From assembly GCA_963760795.1 (NCBI GenBank), contig CAVXEP010000003.1:160001-224000 (forward strand): DNA of 64,000 nucleotides, read 5' to 3'. Position numbers and translations under genes: made by a program. The DNA is from an uncultured delta proteobacterium (lineage in GTDB: Bacteria; Desulfobacterota; Binatia; UBA9968). The notes below the pieces were generated by a model that saw only the letters and a list, made by a program, of their open reading frames with translations, had not been told where the DNA came from and did no database searches. Positions 53,496 to 63,298 of the stretch are shown here, piece by piece (position 1 is the first letter of the stretch; every line of letters starts with the position of its first letter).

Positions 53496-55053
53496 CTACT
53501 GATAAATCTTCCATGCCCGGCTGCGCATCCGGTCGAGCAGCAGCCTTAGGTCGGGTTCCAAACGGCGATCCTCCTCAATCACAGCGATGTCGCCACTGAG
53601 CGCATCGATCATGGTTTGGAGCGCCGGGCTTGGCGCCAAAGCTGGATTCAAACGACAGCGCAACCAAGCGGCCTGGCGCACCGTGATCAACAATCCAGCG
53701 GCCACCTGTTCGGTCAATTCCAACACCCGCGTGCAGTCGCGCGCCGCGATGGTGCCCATGCTGACCTTGTCTTGGTTGTGGCATTCGGTGGAGCGGGAAA
53801 ACACCGACGGCCGGCATAGTCAGCTTAAGCGCTTCCGCGGTCCACGCCGAGACGCTGATCTGCAGCGCCTTGAGACCATGATTGATCGCCGCGCGCGGGC
53901 CAGTGACGCCGGAGAGATTGGCCGGCAAGCCGTTGCTGTAGCGGCTGTCGACTAACAAGGCCATTTGCCGGTCGAGTAAATCGGCTAGGTTGGCCACGGC
54001 GTTTTTCATGCTGTCCATGGCGAAGGCGATATGGCCGCCGTAAAAATGGCCGCCATGCAGCACCCGTTCGCTCGCGGCGTCGATGATCGGATTGTCATTG
54101 GCGCTGTTCAGTTCATTTTCGATGTACGAGCGCAGCCACGGCAGCGCATCGGCGAGCACGCCGATGACATGGGGCGCGCAGCGAATCGAATAGCGGTCCT
54201 GCAGCCGTTTGCCGTCGTCGGCGGATAGTTGAACCGGTAAATCTTGGCGCAGCCAGCCAGCCACCGATTGTTGGCCGGGATGGGGTTTGACCGAAAATAA
54301 CGTCGCGTCAAAATGCTCGGCGTTACCGTCGAGAGCGAAGGACGCCAGCGCGCTGATGCGGGTTGTCAGCCGGGTGAGGTATTCGGCACGCACATAGTTC
54401 AAGCAGGCCAGACCGGTCATCACCGCCGTGCCGTTCATGATCGCCAGCGCTTCCTTCGGCCGCAGACGCAGCGGCGTAATGCCAGCCTCGGATAATACCG
54501 CAGCCGCAGGGACAGTCGCGCCGCCGCGCAACACTTCGCCTTCGCCGCACATGACCGCGGCGAGATAGGACAGTGGCGTCAGATCGCCGCTGGCGCCCAC
54601 CGAACCTTCGCAAGGAATCGCCGGCACGACATCATGCCTGAGCAAATTGACTAGCTGCTCCAACAAGCCGACGCTGACGCCGGAAAACCCCTTGCACAGC
54701 GAGGTCAAACGGGTGGTGATCGCCGCGCGGGTTTCGCTTGGCGTGAAGTGGGCGCCGAGACCGCAACCGTGAAAGATGTAGAGATGGCGCGGCAGCTCCG
54801 CGATCAGCGCCGGCTCTATCGCGACGGTGCAGGAATCGCCGAAGCCGGTGGTGACACCGTAAATCACGCCATCTGCGGCGAGCCGGCGGTCGAGAAAGTC
54901 TGCGCCGCGGGCAATCGCGGCGCGAAACTCCGGCGCCGTAGATAAACTCGCCGCCGCCGCTTTTTCAGCGATGGCGACGATCTCTTCGATATCGCGCCAA
55001 CCGGAGTCGAAGCACACCATGGGCGAGGAAGTTATAACTTTAGCGGGCTGCAT
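53496..55053 (-). CDS. Aromatic amino acid ammonia-lyase (HAL/PAL/TAL family; frameshift near 53805)
   Basis: IYGVTTGFG, MIO-forming GASGDL, QDRYSIRC, GGHFYG and ECHNQDKVSMG. Confidence 0.88.
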
Positions 55054-56023
55054 GATCGTCGTTCAGAGGACCTACTTGCCAAAAGTCATAAAAGTTAAAC
55101 CATTGCAACGGCTCTTGCCGGCAGTAAGCCGCGAGCCGAGCCGCGTAGGCGGCAGCCAGGGCATCGAGCGCAGCCGGGCGATCTTTGCGCGGCAAGCGGA
55201 TCGACTGGCGGAATAGCTCGATGTGAATTTCCCAACCGCGGCGGCTGCGCAGTGAAAACAGCAGATAGACCGGACACTGAAACAAGCTCGCAAGCACATA
55301 GGGCCCGATGGGAAACGGCGCCGGCGCGCCGAGAAAAAGCGCCAGAGCGACCCTGCCGTTGAGCGACACCGGAATACGGTCGCCGGCGATGGCGATAAAT
55401 TCGCCCCGCGCAACTTTTGCCGCTAGCACCATGGCCGTGGCCGGTGTGATCTCGGTAACCTGGAGCAGATTGATTTCGCTTTGTGGATCAAGCCGCGCCA
55501 ACAAACGATTGAATTTTTCGGCGTGTAAAGTATGCGTCAACACGGTCAGCTTTAGCCCTGGCTGGCGTCTCGACATCACCCGGCATAACTCTAGATTACC
55601 GAAATGGGCGCAGATGAAAATGCCGCCGCGCCGCGCGGCAATTTGACCGGCTATCACATCGCCACCGTCGAGCCTGACCTGCTCCTCGTCGAACCAACCT
55701 CCCCACAAGAGCATTTTATCAAGGAGAGTCTCCCCGAAGGCCGCGAAATGGCGCGCAACATCGATCAGGTTCGGTGCGCTTGCGCGCTGGCCACGCCAGG
55801 CAGCGAGTCGGCTCAGATAGCCGCGCGACGATTGCCGCGCTGCGCGCTGGGTCGTCAGATACCAGAACACCACCGGGCAAAGCAGCGCACGGAACGGCCA
55901 GCGACCCAAACAACGATAAAGCCAGAGCAGCAGGCGCATGCCCGCAACAAAGCTGAACTCATCGAGCTCCGCCCAGTGCGGCGCGCGAGCTTGGGATAAG
56001 GGCCGCGTCAACGCAGGCTCCAT
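55040..56023 (-). CDS. LpxL-like acyltransferase (ApeJ C-terminal-like)
   Basis: AHFGNLE, AIAGDR, FPIGP and QWFNFYDFW. Confidence 0.85.
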   Translation of the reverse strand: MEPALTRPLSQARAPHWAELDEFSFVAGMRLLLWLYRCLGRWPFRALLCPVVFWYLTTQRAARQSSRGYLSRLAAWRGQRASAPNLIDVARHFAAFGETLLDKMLLWGGWFDEEQVRLDGGDVIAGQIAARRGGIFICAHFGNLELCRVMSRRQPGLKLTVLTHTLHAEKFNRLLARLDPQSEINLLQVTEITPATAMVLAAKVARGEFIAIAGDRIPVSLNGRVALALFLGAPAPFPIGPYVLASLFQCPVYLLFSLRSRRGWEIHIELFRQSIRLPRKDRPAALDALAAAYAARLAAYCRQEPLQWFNFYDFWQVGPLNDDHAAR

Positions 56024-56751
56024 TTGCGCATAATCAACATCGGCAGTCGCAGCAACATGCCGCAGAACAACCTGGCGTGCAAGTGCGCAATAAGTATGTT
56101 GTCCCACAATCCGCGAAAATGCGAACGCCCGTCTTTGGGATAACTCACGGTGGTGGGTAGGTTGACAATCTCCACCCCGTCCCAGTAGAGCCGCACCAAT
56201 ACTTCTATATCAAAATCCATACGCTGGCCGAGTTTTTGCCGCTGATCTAAGGCGATAAGTGGCGGCAACGGATAGACGCGAAAACCGCACATGGAATCCT
56301 TGATTTGCAACGACAGAGTATGGACCCACACCCAGACATGGGTCAGATAGCGCGCGCAAAGCCGCAACCATGGCACCGTTGCATCATACTTTGAATAGCC
56401 AACGATAAGCGCCTCGGGATGAAGACGTGCCCGCTCGACAAAGCGGGGAATATCGGCGGACCGGTGTTGACCATCCGCATCGATCTGGAGCACATGGCTG
56501 TAGCCCAGTTGCGCAGCATGCCGCGCGCCCAACAACACGGCCCCTCCCTTTCCACGATTGACCGCGTGGCGTAACACGGTAAGTCGGCCCGGTCGCGCCG
56601 CGGCCATCACATCAAGAAGGCGCGCGCACTCCGCGGAGCTGGCGTCGTCCACCAGTATGCACGGCAAGTTCTGCGCAACCACGGCATCCACAACCGCGCC
56701 GACTGCGCGTTCGTGGTTGTACACGGGAATCACGGCGCAGGGTTTAAACAT
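56008..56751 (-). CDS. Glycosyltransferase family 2 (ApeJ N-terminal-like)
   Basis: VIPVYNH, VDDAS, NRGKG, QIDADGQH and DSMCGFRVYP. Confidence 0.88.
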   Translation of the reverse strand: MFKPCAVIPVYNHERAVGAVVDAVVAQNLPCILVDDASSAECARLLDVMAAARPGRLTVLRHAVNRGKGGAVLLGARHAAQLGYSHVLQIDADGQHRSADIPRFVERARLHPEALIVGYSKYDATVPWLRLCARYLTHVWVWVHTLSLQIKDSMCGFRVYPLPPLIALDQRQKLGQRMDFDIEVLVRLYWDGVEIVNLPTTVSYPKDGRSHFRGLWDNILIAHLHARLFCGMLLRLPMLIMRKWSLR

Positions 56752-58471
56752 CCGCCGCTCCAAATATGACACGACCGCTGGCATGCGATCCAAGAGGTGA
56801 GCTGATTTTAAAGAACAAGGAGGATTGGGCAGGCTCATGCACCAGTTCGAGGGTAAAGGGCATCTCCGGAGGAATGATCCGCTGGAACTTGAGCGCGTGG
56901 ATGGCGCGGAAAAGAGGCGGTAAATCGAAGCACTGACGCCCGAAATAAATGACCCACTCGACCTGGACCACGCCCGCTAGAATCGGCCCGGCTGAAAAAT
57001 GGCCGTCAAAATATAGTAAATCGCGCGGCGCGGTTAACTCGAATACGGCATGGCGCGCATCCTTCGCGATCAAGCGCTGAAGTGGCAGCGTCGGGCGGGA
57101 AGGCACGTGCCCCACCAATGCGGCCAACTCGGCATAGGTCGTTTTGCCCTGGGAATTGACCGGCAAAGCGTCAAGATAACGCCAAACTCGCGGCAAACCA
57201 ACGGGCTCGACGGACTCCGTGAGGAGAATGCGCAGCATGCGATTGAAAACGAGTTTGCCGACCTCAACCAATTTGCGACGCCCATCAACCGACAGCACGA
57301 CGAATGCCGCAATCCGCTGGCGGCGCCCCTCTATGACATGCACCCGAGCATCGCTCACTAACGGCGATGCCATGAGCCGAGCTTCGATGGCGCTCAGTGA
57401 AATCCGCTTTCCCTCGACTTTGGCGATCTTATCGATTCGCCCCTTGAGCAGAAAACGATTTTCGCCCAGTTCCAACACCTGGTCGGCCGTGCGAAACCAT
57501 TCTTCATTGGCTAAATGCGGCGAGCGGATTTCCAGTACGTCGGCTTGCGGATCGACACGCCACGTAACGCCGGGCAAAGGGGTCCACACCGCATCCGCGC
57601 TCGCACGTTGTTGGCGCCAGGCGATGCCACCGGTTTCAGAGCTGCCATAGACCTCGATCGGTATCCGATCAAGCAAACGATCAGTCTGATGAGCAACCTC
57701 GAGCGGCAACGGCCCACCAGACGAGAACACCGCTCTTAACCGATTCGATGTTTTCGCCCACGCCGGAGTTTCCGGCAAGCGTTTCAGATGCGCCGGACTC
57801 GATATCAACACCCAATCGCGTTCGGGAAGCGCTGCGGTCAGTTCTTCAAAAAACGAAAAGCTCCGCGCATAAATGGCGCGCGCGGCGGTCAGCGGCCACA
57901 AAACCTGAAAGAGTAAACCATAGATATGTTGATGAGAAACCGTTGCAAAAATGTCGGCAGCGCCAAGCAATTTTCCAAACTGACTTTCAAGCGTTGCCAC
58001 CTCTCGGGACAACTGGAAGAGTTTTTTCGGTATGGCTTGGGCCACGCCGGTGCTGCCAGAAGTATAAAGCACGACTCCGGCAAATTCAGGATCCAGGCGA
58101 TTCCAATCATCCTCGTGGACTGCCAAATCCTGCGCCATCGGCACTATTGGCTGCCATACGGATTCGAACTCGCCCAAGTAGCCATCGACATTTTGGCGCA
58201 AATCGGCGCAGGTGCCGGGCAGCCGATCGCCCGGCAGGTAAATCGTTTTGCCAGCCTGCCAAGCCCCGAACAGCGCGGCGGCAAACTCGATGCCATCATC
58301 GATGTAGAGCGCAAATCGCCGGCCGGACTCAGCGCGCAAAAGCGCGCGCCACGCGCGTGTCCGCGCGAGGAATTTTTCCCAGCTCACGGACTTGTCGCCG
58401 CGCCACCCGACGGTCGAACCGGCCGGCCGCGGCGCCGCAAGTAGATCGAGCATGTCCGCGGATTCAAGCAT
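56744..58471 (-). CDS. Acyl-ACP synthetase (ApeH-like) fused to a C-terminal ApeI-like dehydratase
   Basis: YTSGSTG, HQHIYG, YGSSETGG and NSQGK; C-terminal FDGHFSAGPILAGVVQ...LKFQ. Confidence 0.85.
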   Translation of the reverse strand: MLESADMLDLLAAPRPAGSTVGWRGDKSVSWEKFLARTRAWRALLRAESGRRFALYIDDGIEFAAALFGAWQAGKTIYLPGDRLPGTCADLRQNVDGYLGEFESVWQPIVPMAQDLAVHEDDWNRLDPEFAGVVLYTSGSTGVAQAIPKKLFQLSREVATLESQFGKLLGAADIFATVSHQHIYGLLFQVLWPLTAARAIYARSFSFFEELTAALPERDWVLISSPAHLKRLPETPAWAKTSNRLRAVFSSGGPLPLEVAHQTDRLLDRIPIEVYGSSETGGIAWRQQRASADAVWTPLPGVTWRVDPQADVLEIRSPHLANEEWFRTADQVLELGENRFLLKGRIDKIAKVEGKRISLSAIEARLMASPLVSDARVHVIEGRRQRIAAFVVLSVDGRRKLVEVGKLVFNRMLRILLTESVEPVGLPRVWRYLDALPVNSQGKTTYAELAALVGHVPSRPTLPLQRLIAKDARHAVFELTAPRDLLYFDGHFSAGPILAGVVQVEWVIYFGRQCFDLPPLFRAIHALKFQRIIPPEMPFTLELVHEPAQSSLFFKISSPLGSHASGRVIFGAADV

Positions 58472-59006
58472 TGAACCGCCTCTTGAATCGGCAACGCATA
58501 AAATACTCGCCGGCAAATAGCAAGCCCATGAGCAGATAAGCAACCACGCCGTTGTAAAGCGACCAGACGGCGGGCGGGGCCCAGAGCGCTGTCGACAGCG
58601 CGACGGCGCCGTTAACTGCGAAAAACACGCACCAGACCTGCGTAACGCGTTTCATGTAGCCCACCGATTGGGCGGGCAGGTCCGGCTCCCGCATGCGCGC
58701 GAAACGCTCGGCCATCGAAGGAGGAAAAATAAGACTGTAACCGAATGCGCCCAACATTGCCGCATTCACTAGCACCGGATAAAGCTTTAACGGAAGCAGC
58801 GCGTTGCTCCACACGGCAAGTGTCAAAAGCACCAGCACTCCACCCAACCACCAATATCCAGCCTTGTTAGATTTCAGGACGTGCAGCCGCGTCAATGCGA
58901 GAAGCAACAAGAGCGCGGCAAGAAAGCGCGGTTTGAACTGCCCTTGGCCAAACCAGATCGCCAGCGGGTAAAGCAACGTGAGGATAATCATCAATACAGT
59001 TGACAC
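58464..59006 (-). CDS. apeG: COG4648 membrane protein (ApeG-like)
   Basis: LYPVLVN, YMKRVTQVW, WSLYNG and LFAGE. Confidence 0.82.
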   Translation of the reverse strand: MSTVLMIILTLLYPLAIWFGQGQFKPRFLAALLLLLALTRLHVLKSNKAGYWWLGGVLVLLTLAVWSNALLPLKLYPVLVNAAMLGAFGYSLIFPPSMAERFARMREPDLPAQSVGYMKRVTQVWCVFFAVNGAVALSTALWAPPAVWSLYNGVVAYLLMGLLFAGEYFMRCRFKRRFNA

Positions 59007-59017
59007 GATTCCCCTTG

Positions 59018-59281
59018 CTACGGCACGAGCAGCGCGGCCAGCGCTGTCACGACATCCTGGATGGTGCGCACGCTCTTGAACACTTCCGGCTGCAGCCTCT
59101 TGTCCGTCATATCTTTGAGCTTGACGGCGAGGTCCACCCCATCGATGCTGTCGATATCGGGGTCGGTATAAAGATTTGCCGCCGGCGTGATCTTGGCCTT
59201 ATCCAGCTCGAGCATTTCGTGCAACGTATCAACCACCAATAAATAAATCTCTTCCTTGCTCATTGAACTTGGCAGAGCCAT
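59018..59281 (-). CDS. apeF: Acyl carrier protein (ApeF-like)
   Basis: DIDSIDGVDL and FKSVRTIQDVV. Confidence 0.82.
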   Translation of the reverse strand: MALPSSMSKEEIYLLVVDTLHEMLELDKAKITPAANLYTDPDIDSIDGVDLAVKLKDMTDKRLQPEVFKSVRTIQDVVTALAALLVP

Positions 59282-59294
59282 GGATATTACCCCC

Positions 59295-59555
59295 TCACTC
59301 CTTCCGATTGCGATCAATCAGAGCGCCGAGAGTACGAACCGATGCAAAATGGCGGCGGGTCTCCTCCGAGTCTGACGAAAGGGTGATCCCGTAACGCTTG
59401 TAGATGGCCACGCCCAGTTCAAGCGCGTCGATGGAGTCCAAACCCAATCCCTCAACAAACAGCGGCGCTTCGCTGTCGATATCCGCGGGCGTCAAGTCTT
59501 CAAGCTGCAAGACATCGATGATCATCTGTTTAATCTCGTCTTCAAGCGATTGCAT
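59295..59555 (-). CDS. apeE: Acyl carrier protein (ApeE-like)
   Basis: LFVEGLGLDSIDALELG. Confidence 0.88.
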   Translation of the reverse strand: MQSLEDEIKQMIIDVLQLEDLTPADIDSEAPLFVEGLGLDSIDALELGVAIYKRYGITLSSDSEETRRHFASVRTLGALIDRNRKE

Positions 59556-60206
59556 GAAAGTGACTTTCCTTTGTAAAGAAATCGCGCAGGTAGTCGGTCA
59601 GATGCCGTGCCGCCAAATTCTCAATAGACGCTTGGCTGATAAATTGTTGAATGTCGATATCGCTTTGTACCTCAATGCTGAATTGCGGCCGGCTCGCCGG
59701 CAGCGTGACGTTGCAGCGGGCGCGCATCGCGACATGGGCGGCGCCCCGTTGGAGCTTAAAGCTCCCGTCCGAAGCTGTGCGCGTCCCCTCAGGGAAAATG
59801 ATCAGGTTCTCGCCCCGTTCAAGCGCCGCCACGCAATCCGTCAAAAGCTGTTCGCCCTCATCGTTGCGAATATAGTTGGCAGCCACCACCGGGGCATGAA
59901 AAACGGATTGCGCCACGATATCGAGAAACGTCGGATGATTGGCGACGATGAGCAAGCCGCGCCGGTTGAGTTTCTCGGCGCCGATAACTTTATAGTCCAA
60001 GAGCCGCGAAAAACGCAAAAAGCCAATCAAAGAAGCAAAACTCCAGGCGATGAAATCCCGGGCCAGATTCGTGCGCACGCGGAAATCCCGAACCAAAACA
60101 TTAAGCATCGGAAAAACAATCAGTTGGATCAACCCGCCGATACCAAACGCAACAAAGCCCAGAGCGACAAAAAAACCTGCGACCAACGGGCGGCTTCTTT
60201 AAACAT
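59542..60206 (-). pseudogene. apeD: PlsC-like acyltransferase (ApeD-like) with apparent internal deletions
   Basis: ANHPTFLD and IFPEGTRT present; segments after HPTFLDI and after RCNVT look missing; frameshift in a T7 run near 60170. Confidence 0.6.
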
Positions 60207-60945
60207 CGCTCGACCAAACCCAGCGCCGACCGTCACAGCGGCGCTCCAAACTGTGCTCGCGGCGGAGATAGAAGCGCCAGATCTCAAGACCGCCGGGCAA
60301 CGCGGCAGTGTCCGATGGCGCAGAACTCTCGATTGGCGACCAAGCAAGGGTCATGCGCCGCGCGCCATTCGGTTCCATCAACCAGGCCCAAGCGAACGGC
60401 TGCTCGTGGCAGTCTTCAAAGGCACGGTACACAGGCGGCAGCGGACAGTCATAGACCACCAACAGGACCGCGGGTTCGCCGTCGGCCAATAGAGTGCCGG
60501 CCTCGATCACACCATGTTCGACGCTGCTTTGGCCAGCAGCGAGAGCGACGTGGTGCGCACGGTCCGCCCGCGCTATGGAAAAAAGCCCGCCCACCGCGTT
60601 GTGCACCGACATACCAAACGCAGTCGGCGAAAGCGGCTGACCCTTGGCCAACTCGGACAACATCGAAACCGAACGGTCCACTTCGCCGTGACGCGAGCAA
60701 AAGACGATCGGCACATCGCGGCGGTCGCCAAGACATCGGTAGGCGACTTCGAGCGCCATCCGGTCAAGAAATCCGGCGCGCCGGCGCAGCATCGGCGCCA
60801 TTGCGCGCACCGCCGGCTCGGTCTCACCCGTGATCTCCCGACGACCCAATGACCAGTCGAGCCAATCCTCCGGCGTTTCTACCCCCGGTGCCCAGGCAGC
60901 GGAGGCGGTGATGGAAAATTTAATCCCACTGTCTGGCACGACCAC
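60199..60945 (-). CDS. apeC: Ketosynthase chain-length factor (ApeC-like)
   Basis: PMLRRR, SRHGE, LSPTAFGMSVHNA and LLVVYD.PLP. Confidence 0.85.
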   Translation of the reverse strand: MVVPDSGIKFSITASAAWAPGVETPEDWLDWSLGRREITGETEPAVRAMAPMLRRRAGFLDRMALEVAYRCLGDRRDVPIVFCSRHGEVDRSVSMLSELAKGQPLSPTAFGMSVHNAVGGLFSIARADRAHHVALAAGQSSVEHGVIEAGTLLADGEPAVLLVVYDCPLPPVYRAFEDCHEQPFAWAWLMEPNGARRMTLAWSPIESSAPSDTAALPGGLEIWRFYLRREHSLERRCDGRRWVWSSDV

Positions 60946-61005
60946 TAAATTCCTAATGTCGCGGCAACCATTGTAATTTTGGACTGCAACGCACCGAGAC
61001 GTTGT

Positions 61006-61389
61006 TCATAGCGTCGTCCAGTAACCGTTCATCGCATAGCGTTCCGGCTGCCCCGGCCAGGCTTCCATGGCGGCGCAAGATTTTCCCTTGGCGACTTCCC
61101 GTAGGTAAATATTGCGGTCGAGTAAGGCATTAGCCTCATTGCCATCCGGATTTTTCAGTTCGAATAGCCCCGGCCACACGAAAATTCCCAAAAACAATTC
61201 GAGCCGATCGTTCGCCCGGTTCGTGGTGATTTTATGCTGCGCCACTTCGGTGTTCGATTTGAACTCTATGGCGATCTGCTCGCAAGTCAGAGCGCCATCA
61301 CCGGCTTGCTTCATGGCGAGCAGTTGCGGATCGCGCGCTTGGACGCATCCGCCGAGAATCAGCAATGACAAGATAAGTAGAATTTTCAT
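61006..61389 (-). CDS. Hypothetical lipoprotein
   Basis: RBS AGGAGG; lipobox LGG-C; LTCEQI. Confidence 0.7.
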   Translation of the reverse strand: MKILLILSLLILGGCVQARDPQLLAMKQAGDGALTCEQIAIEFKSNTEVAQHKITTNRANDRLELFLGIFVWPGLFELKNPDGNEANALLDRNIYLREVAKGKSCAAMEAWPGQPERYAMNGYWTTL

Positions 61390-61808
61390 GGTTCCTCCTA
61401 GGTCATGGAAGTATTTTTACTGCTCCGCGCTTACAAGTTCAACCACACATCGAAATCGCGCATCCCGTCAAGCTATACGCCACCCATCTCACGACGAAAC
61501 GCTGCCAGCGAAACATTGTAAGTTTCGAGTTGTGCATCGGCCAGCGACGATGTTATCAAAGGCTAAAATAGGCTGCGCCAACACCTTATGCGGTCGCGCG
61601 ACAGAAGACATAGGAGAATCGTCCTGAGAATCAGTCCCTTGCAATTGCTGCTGGTATTCCTGGCACTAGGGCATCCGGCTGTAGCAATCGAGCGACGGCC
61701 ACTGAAGGCGCGGCAAGAAGCAATATTGCTCAGGCGCTCGGGAAACTATCGAAACTCAACCTCTAAACTAACGCGACGGATCCCATTTGGCCAGGTGGCA
61801 AACAGCCA

Positions 61809-62531
61809 TTACGCGGTCAAGCTCACCGCGTCTTTGTATTTGAACGATCCATTATAGAGTGCGCGGCCGACCACGACGCCTTCCACGCCATCTTTTTCTA
61901 GTGGCAACAGCTTGCGAATATCGTCGAGCGTGGCGACGCCGCCCGAGGCGAGGGTCGGAATCTTCACGGCGCGGGCAATCTTCAGCGTCTCATCTAGATT
62001 CACGCCAGCGCGGGTGCCATCGCGGCTGATGTCGGTGTAGATAATTCGCGAGACGCCGTCGCCTTCACAGCGCTTGGCCAGCTCGACGGCTTCCAACGCG
62101 GTGGTTTCCTTCCAACCTTTAACTGCAACCTTGCCCTGACGCGCATCGATGCCGACGACGATCTTGCCGGGAAACTTCTTGCACAAAGTCTGGAGCAACT
62201 CGACGTTGTCGTAGGCGACCGTGCCGATGACCACGCGAGACACACCCAAGTCCAACGCCGTTTGCACGGCGTCGACGGATCGCAGCCCGCCGCCCAGTTC
62301 CACCGACAGTCCGGCGACACCCGAGACAGCGGCGACTTCTTTAGTGTGCACCGGCCGGCCTTCCACCGCGCCGTTCAAGTCGACGATGTGAAGAAAGGTC
62401 GCGCCCTCGGCTACCCAATGCCTAGCCGCGGCGACCGGATCTTCGAAGTAAACCGTCTCTTGATTCATGTCGCCCTGGAATAAGCGGACGCAGCGGCCGT
62501 CCTTCAAATCGATGGCGGGAATGATCAGCAT
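61809..62531 (-). CDS. hisA: ProFAR isomerase
   Basis: IIPAIDLKDGRCVRL, HIVDLNGA, GGGLR, TDISRDG and SGGV. Confidence 0.95.
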   Translation of the reverse strand: MLIIPAIDLKDGRCVRLFQGDMNQETVYFEDPVAAARHWVAEGATFLHIVDLNGAVEGRPVHTKEVAAVSGVAGLSVELGGGLRSVDAVQTALDLGVSRVVIGTVAYDNVELLQTLCKKFPGKIVVGIDARQGKVAVKGWKETTALEAVELAKRCEGDGVSRIIYTDISRDGTRAGVNLDETLKIARAVKIPTLASGGVATLDDIRKLLPLEKDGVEGVVVGRALYNGSFKYKDAVSLTA

Positions 62532-62548
62532 ATAGTTCAAGGCCTAAG

Positions 62549-62623
62549 GCAAAACGAAGAATGCAAAATTGATGCGGTGCTCTGTGGGTCGCGAATTTTC
62601 ATTTTACATTTTTCATTTTGCAT
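62549..62623. repeat. Inverted heptamer repeat cassette between hisH and hisA
   Basis: GCAAAAC GAAGAAT GCAAAAT ... CATTTTA CATTTTT CATTTTG. Confidence 0.7.
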
Positions 62624-62627
62624 AGCT

Positions 62628-63245
62628 CTAGTTCCGCTCGACGAACCCGCCGAAATTCGCCAGTATGCGCAGCCCAAGCTCCTGGCTCTTCTCAGGATGA
62701 AATTGGCAGGCGAACAGCCGCTCGGTAGCGATACTCGAAACGAACGACTGGCCGTAATCGGTAGTGGTGGCGACGATCGTTGGATCTTGCGGCGCGACAT
62801 AAAACGAGTGGACGAAATAAACATAGTCGCCGGTCGAGATGCCGTCGAGAAACGGCGAGTCCTGCGCCTTGGCAATGCGGTTCCAGCCCATGTGCGGCAC
62901 TTTCAATTGTGCTTTTGCGTGAAAACCGACCACCTTGCCGGGGAAAAGATCGAGCCCTTGCTGCTTGCCGAATTCTTCGCTTTCGGAGAACAACAATTGA
63001 AATCCCAGGCAAATTCCCAGAAACGGTTTTTGCCGCCGGACAATCTCACGGATCGGTTCGATCAGGCCAAACTTGCCAAGGTTCTCCATGCAAGCACTAA
63101 ACGCGCCGACCCCCGGCAACACGACACCGCGCGCCGACTGAATCTGACCGACATCGCGGGTGACAAGCGCGTCGAAGCCGACCCGCTCCAGCCCTTTTTG
63201 CACGCTGCGCAGATTGCCCATCCCGTAATCGATAATCGCAATCAT
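62628..63245 (-). CDS. hisH: Imidazole glycerol phosphate synthase glutaminase subunit
   Basis: DYGMGNLRS, PGVGAF, GICLG, PHMGWN and QFHPEKS. Confidence 0.95.
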   Translation of the reverse strand: MIAIIDYGMGNLRSVQKGLERVGFDALVTRDVGQIQSARGVVLPGVGAFSACMENLGKFGLIEPIREIVRRQKPFLGICLGFQLLFSESEEFGKQQGLDLFPGKVVGFHAKAQLKVPHMGWNRIAKAQDSPFLDGISTGDYVYFVHSFYVAPQDPTIVATTTDYGQSFVSSIATERLFACQFHPEKSQELGLRILANFGGFVERN

Positions 63246-63298
63246 ACTTTTTTAAAATGGAACGATTGGAACCCCTGGACCATTTGGCACCAGTCCGC

